Under the pieces are notes generated by a model. The model was given only the letters and a program-made list of their open reading frames with translations. It made no database searches and was not told the DNA's origin. From Candidatus Thalassarchaeaceae archaeon (GTDB taxonomy: Archaea; Thermoplasmatota; Poseidoniia; Poseidoniales; Thalassarchaeaceae), in contig JBJLBO010000004.1 of the NCBI GenBank assembly GCA_045568115.1, positions 66,809-130,808 of the forward strand: a stretch of 64,000 bases of DNA, read 5' to 3'. Position numbers and translations under genes: made by a program. Below are positions 59,487-64,000 of this stretch, piece by piece (position 1 is the stretch's first letter; each line of letters opens with the position of its first letter).

Positions 59487-60946
59487 TTAGGAATTTTTGG
59501 TTCATCATTTAACCTTACTCTTCTAAATACAGAATAAATGAGAACTAAAGATGAAATCACTAATCCAATCAGGGCTATTGGCAAAGGATCTACAGCATCA
59601 GGGTGAATTAACTCCACACCCATAGATGCCGTCTCACCATCATCATCAATAATTTCAATCGTCAAAATACCTCTCTGTTTGGATTCATCAGGCCAATCCA
59701 AATTACGATCACACCCCTCATATAAAGGCAAATTATCGAATAACCAAATACATCTCAATTCGCTGACATCATTTTCTGTATCAAGTGGGAATGCTTCAAG
59801 CATTGCACTTGCACTATCACTTAATTTTACTACTTGTCCATCCGTTACATTTTCCCCATTAATTGACAATTTAACTGAAGGGGGTAGATTCGCTATACTA
59901 AATGATGACACACGTGAAGAGGATTGGCCGCCTTTATCAAAAACAGTTAGAGACAAAGTATAATTTCCACTAATTGCACCACTAATTGTGTATTTATTCA
60001 CATCAATTCCCATTTGAACATCAATAGGAACTTCTCCAGAATGAGATGGCCTACGTAGTGTCCAGACAAAATATAATTCTTCATTTCCCCAGTAGGGGTC
60101 TTCGGTATCGGATGCATCAAAAATATACAATTCATTAGATTCATCAATATATTCTATACCTTCAATTTTAATCACTGGTGGTTCATTATTCACTTTAATA
60201 GAAAATGAATTAGATATTGTATTCATTCCATTCAATAAAGTTACTTCCATTTTATACCATCCATCTAAATTCTGAATTATAGACTCATTAATTGAAAAAT
60301 CACCACTTTCAAAATGAAGTGAAGAGCTCAATGACGCGTCTTCAGATTGATATGGAAAAATTGTTGAGGCGGAAAAATGATTGGAAAGTGATTGTTTAAT
60401 TGAAATTTCAACATCATGAAAATCACCTCCAAAATATACACCAGCCCAACCAGATACTGCAACAATTTCATTTTGATATTGACCAGAAGGTGGGTCATGA
60501 ATTAGCAAACCCATTAGATTAGTATCAGAAGTTGATTGAATCATAAAAACCACACGTAATTCACGTATTATTTCTCCTTCAGCGTCATGAACATTCACTG
60601 ATACATAACAGGAGCATTCTCCTGTTGCATGATATGATAATTCAAATTCCCAAGCCCATTGTAATCTATTACTTGAGCTATCCATTTCTACAAGTTCAGA
60701 ACCTAAATCACCACCGTCGAACTCTATTCCATTCTTTACAACCCTCCAATAAACCTCTGAAGGAAGTATCTCATCCTCGATAATTCCACTGAATAATATG
60801 GAACTACTAGAAACAACACCATTTTCAACATCTATGCTAATTACTGCAGGATCATTGGTTACACCTACATCGGCATTTACACCATTACAACAAACCAATA
60901 AGTTCGCTGATAATAAGAGAATGACAAGTATTCGGGTAGGATTCAA
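59474..60946 (-). CDS. Secreted/cell-surface protein with signal peptide, beta-rich (Ig-like) ectodomain and C-terminal TM anchor + basic tail
   Basis: 490 aa; N-terminal MNPTRILVILLLSANLLVCC signal; C-terminal ...IGLVISSLVLIYSVFRRVRLNDEPKIPKWKL. Confidence 0.45.
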   Translation of the reverse strand: MNPTRILVILLLSANLLVCCNGVNADVGVTNDPAVISIDVENGVVSSSSILFSGIIEDEILPSEVYWRVVKNGIEFDGGDLGSELVEMDSSSNRLQWAWEFELSYHATGECSCYVSVNVHDAEGEIIRELRVVFMIQSTSDTNLMGLLIHDPPSGQYQNEIVAVSGWAGVYFGGDFHDVEISIKQSLSNHFSASTIFPYQSEDASLSSSLHFESGDFSINESIIQNLDGWYKMEVTLLNGMNTISNSFSIKVNNEPPVIKIEGIEYIDESNELYIFDASDTEDPYWGNEELYFVWTLRRPSHSGEVPIDVQMGIDVNKYTISGAISGNYTLSLTVFDKGGQSSSRVSSFSIANLPPSVKLSINGENVTDGQVVKLSDSASAMLEAFPLDTENDVSELRCIWLFDNLPLYEGCDRNLDWPDESKQRGILTIEIIDDDGETASMGVELIHPDAVDPLPIALIGLVISSLVLIYSVFRRVRLNDEPKIPKWKL

Positions 60947-60996
60947 CGTACCTTCGAATAGTTATCCAGTATTGAACCTCATGGAAAATCGTTCAA

Positions 60997-62104
60997 TTAT
61001 CTAGCAGATATTCGTGATTGCCATGAAAGTTCATCTAACCACGTACCTAGGGTATCTCTATCTAGGAATTCTTGACTTGCCTCAGCAGTAAGAATACAAT
61101 CACATGCTGCAGAGGCGAGTAAAGCAGCATCAATCATATCATGACCCTGCCCCAGAGCTACAGCCAACGCCGTAGCAGCGGCATCATGAAGTCCAATCTG
61201 TTGTTTGGGAGCTAATGCCTGACAATCATAGTGAACTATCTCACCCTCTGATTGGTACAGAGTAATTCCATTTACTCCGCCTAAAACAATAAGAGCATCC
61301 CAAGAATAAGTATTGATTAATTTCTGAGCCGCAGTGTTTGTATCATCACTCTCCAATCTTCTACGCATGAGTTCCATGCCCCTTAATTCAACTAGAACTA
61401 CAGTTGCACCACGACTTCTTTCTAATCCAGTTAGTTTAGGATCAATAATAACTGGAATGTTTAGATTTTTTGCCTTCTTTATCAATTCTGATGAACCATT
61501 TACCGTGACCGCCCCCTTATCATAATCAGAGATTACAAGTGCACAACTACTATCCAAATTTTTCATCGCATTTTCAACGAGAGTACGACTAACAGAAGGA
61601 TCGATTTGGTCAATAGGGCCTCTATCGGCTTGAAGTAAAATCTGGCTGTCATCAAGTAAACTCTCTCGGCTACCAAAAAAACGAATTTTAACTAAAGTAA
61701 GACGATTACGGACAATTTCGATACCAGTAGTAGAGATTCCATCCTGCGACAATTTGTTTTTTATTACTTCTCCTTCCCTATCATCGCCAACAAAAGTGTG
61801 GAAATTTACATTCATGCCAATTGAGTTCAGGCCTCGTAGCAATATGCGCTGCAGCACCCGGGCTTTCGTCCGTTTGAAAAATTTTCAAGACCGGGACGGG
61901 CGCAATAGAGTTGAGATTGTTCGCAAAACCATGGTGGTATCTATCAAGCATAACGTCACCAATTAGAGTCACTTTTGAATCAGAAACCCCATCTAAAGTT
62001 GAACGAAGTTTGCGCAATGTTTCAGTTCGTGACCTCGGCTTGTCCTCAATCGTCATACATGTTCGTAGAGAAGGAGCCGAATGAGGTTTGGGGAACCGAC
62101 GCAC
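60997..62104 (-). CDS. PfkB-family sugar kinase resembling HldE/RfaE domain I (D-glycero-beta-D-manno-heptose-7-phosphate kinase), interrupted by an apparent +1 frameshift near 61845-61860
   Basis: N-terminal KVTLIGDVMLDRYHHG...IAPVPVLK...PGAAAHIA (ORF 61781..62104) and C-terminal sugar-kinase domain with G/A-rich anion hole (ORF 60997..61857). Confidence 0.55.
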
Positions 62105-62132
62105 TCAAGGATGGCTGGCTTGCCGCTAGAAC

Positions 62133-63128
62133 ATGGATGGTACAACCAGTGGTTGGGTCATTGAGGGACCATCTACAAATCGATTGAGAGATAAATCTGC
62201 AATCGGTAGACCTACAGGAGATGGGAAATTAATACTCTCAGCTGGAGAAATTATGTTTTGCCATCATTATCGAAATATACCTCTGCCATCAGAAGACTGG
62301 CTCAGTTCGACTATATTGGAAAACACAACATTGTTGGCTGAATACGCCATTATTGAAGCATTACGTGTGCCAGGTAACAAAATCGTTCTTTCAAATAATT
62401 CAGATATATTCGACGTAACTTCAGAACCAGAAACTTGGGGCATTCGGTGGGAGTCAGATAAACATCCAAGGAATAATGAACCAATTGCTGAGGTCAGATG
62501 GTTCTTTTCGAATCAAAACCTTGATACTGTAGACATTATTGAATGGTCAAACAAAGTTAGTGAAAAAGGAAGAATAGCAGAAGTTTTAGTTGTTGATGAT
62601 GAACTTAGTGTTGTTACATATCGAGTATCCATAGTAGATCCTAGAGGGACTATAGATTGTGAAAATATAATTGATTCACTATTAGCACTTAATGATGGTA
62701 TTTCAATAAATCAAGGAAGAATTTACCCCCTAGAAGACTGGCGAATTCCTCAAGTCGGAATTCAAGTAGAAGGTGGTATTTTTGTTGATTCTATAACTTG
62801 CGCATTAATTGATGGTGAATTTGAACGAGAAGAAGTGACAATTCTAACTGATATCCTTTCAAGAGGATTACATCCACGACCTGGATTCAAATATGGAACA
62901 GAATGGAGGTGCTATGACAAGACGATTGGAGAAGATCATGCCCCTTATCTAATCACTCTACCATCGAGAGCACCAAATGATTGGGCCGCTACTTGCCTAG
63001 CATCTAGACTTGCATCAGGAGTCAATAAAACTTGGTTGATACCAGTGAAGGAAAATGACAAATGGAATTATTTAGCGATTACAAGACCACCGGCAGACGC
63101 ACGTTGGTCCAATCCTCGGAGAAGATAA
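62133..63128 (+). CDS. endA: tRNA-splicing endonuclease (EndA), tandem two-unit type
   Basis: C-terminal catalytic unit SRGLHPRPGFKYGTEWRCYDKTIGEDHAPYLITL with conserved Tyr/His/Lys triad; 331 aa. Confidence 0.6.
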   Translation: MDGTTSGWVIEGPSTNRLRDKSAIGRPTGDGKLILSAGEIMFCHHYRNIPLPSEDWLSSTILENTTLLAEYAIIEALRVPGNKIVLSNNSDIFDVTSEPETWGIRWESDKHPRNNEPIAEVRWFFSNQNLDTVDIIEWSNKVSEKGRIAEVLVVDDELSVVTYRVSIVDPRGTIDCENIIDSLLALNDGISINQGRIYPLEDWRIPQVGIQVEGGIFVDSITCALIDGEFEREEVTILTDILSRGLHPRPGFKYGTEWRCYDKTIGEDHAPYLITLPSRAPNDWAATCLASRLASGVNKTWLIPVKENDKWNYLAITRPPADARWSNPRRR

Positions 63129-63914
63129 TTACTCTATGTCATCGATGGGGGACAAGGATTGATGGTTTTCATTAATTTGCACACCCCTCTTTGGTTCACC
63201 ACCAAGGCGTGAATGACTATCTCTCTCACCTGTTAGAATAACTAAAGCAGAAAGTACCATAATAATTGAAAGGCCATTACTTGGTTGAGCTAACCATGCT
63301 ATAGGACTGTTTCCATTAAATGATGATTTGGCAGTAAATTCGACAGGGATTCGTTGCTCAATTCCAAATGAATCTACAAATACCAAATCACCTCTTGCAA
63401 GCATACCTGGTGTAAGAAGATCATTAGGATTAATGTCGATTTCAATTGATGGACAGGCTTCAAATTCTCCCTGTGAACGAACTGTTGCTATCCTTGATGC
63501 AGCTCCATCAATTGCAATTGAGTAAGACCTTGTACCATCTCCAATACATCCGGGTTGAAAGGTTACGGAAGAAGGATGGTCCCAAGCAATTAGTGCCTCA
63601 AGAGTATTTGTCTCTAAACGATGACCGATTTCATACCAGTCTTTGTCAATATCCCAAGAACCTTCTCCTTCACACCCGATAGAACCACGAAGATATCCAG
63701 CACTGCTAGTAATTTGAGAAGCGGATAAAATGACAATTGTAGAATTTCCAGCCTCAATAGGAAAAACTCTAGGTCCCTGGCTAGCAGAAGATTCCGAGGA
63801 ATGTAAATCTATTTGTAAATCACAAGGAATAGGCGAATTGACTTGTGCTGTAATCGATTCGCCTTCAAGGATTTCGAGGGGGCCTGAGGAAAATAGGACG
63901 TCGACATTAGGCAT
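63129..63914 (-). CDS. Hypothetical extracytoplasmic protein with C-terminal TM anchor (may extend further 5' toward the window edge)
   Basis: 261-aa ORF, C-terminal hydrophobic helix GLSIIMVLSALVILTG. Confidence 0.3.
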   Translation of the reverse strand: MPNVDVLFSSGPLEILEGESITAQVNSPIPCDLQIDLHSSESSASQGPRVFPIEAGNSTIVILSASQITSSAGYLRGSIGCEGEGSWDIDKDWYEIGHRLETNTLEALIAWDHPSSVTFQPGCIGDGTRSYSIAIDGAASRIATVRSQGEFEACPSIEIDINPNDLLTPGMLARGDLVFVDSFGIEQRIPVEFTAKSSFNGNSPIAWLAQPSNGLSIIMVLSALVILTGERDSHSRLGGEPKRGVQINENHQSLSPIDDIE

Positions 63915-64000
63915 CTGCGAAACCGGTGTAAATGATACAATTGCAGAAGACGAATTTAATCCATCAATAGATGCATACCAAGTGACAAGCCTGCCTTGAC

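Noticed and set aside
1-64000. CRISPR arrays, integrases, transposases or prophage genes
   Set aside because: No direct-repeat/spacer periodicity, no tyrosine/serine recombinase, DDE transposase or phage structural motifs found. The tRNA-Val gene is not flanked by an integrase.

Overview
The window reads as an AT-rich archaeal chromosome with a very acidic proteome, most likely a marine Thermoplasmatota (MGII/MGIII-like) lineage. The lineage call is inference only. Archaeal hallmark genes include PAN, archaeal-type Kae1, ribosomal proteins S17e/L31e/L39e/S19e, MBF1, Tsr3, tRNA-splicing endonuclease, geranylgeranyl reductase and archaeal-type ValRS/MetRS. It is mostly core housekeeping plus metabolic islands. 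(1) A complete histidine-utilisation set (hutU, hutH, hutI, plus glutamate formimidoyltransferase and formimino-THF cyclodeaminase as two genes). (2) A methylmalonyl-CoA mutase/epimerase pair. (3) A preQ0 (archaeosine precursor) operon folE-queE-queC-queD, preceded by a translationally coupled RHH protein and carrying a QueC-MsrB fusion. (4) Two glycosyltransferases (GT4, GT2) with an AI-2E-family permease nearby. (5) A YdeP/FdhF-like molybdopterin oxidoreductase with FdhD, an IscA/HesB protein and a YgfZ-like folate protein. (6) A nickel superoxide dismutase (sodN) with its SodX maturation peptidase. Unannotated RNAs are a tRNA-Val(GAC) on the minus strand and an SRP (7S) RNA in a GC-rich island at 49795-50115. 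The ORF predictions over that island are spurious. Four genes (hutU, an NAD-epimerase, pepP, an HldE-like kinase) are each split by an apparent single-nucleotide +1 insertion. Other notable points are a type IA topoisomerase I whose C-terminus is three helical repeats instead of zinc ribbons, a GC-rich alternating Pu/Py tract upstream of topA, and a 10-mer repeated three times around a membrane-anchored wHTH regulator. No CRISPR array, integrase, transposase or prophage hallmark was seen.
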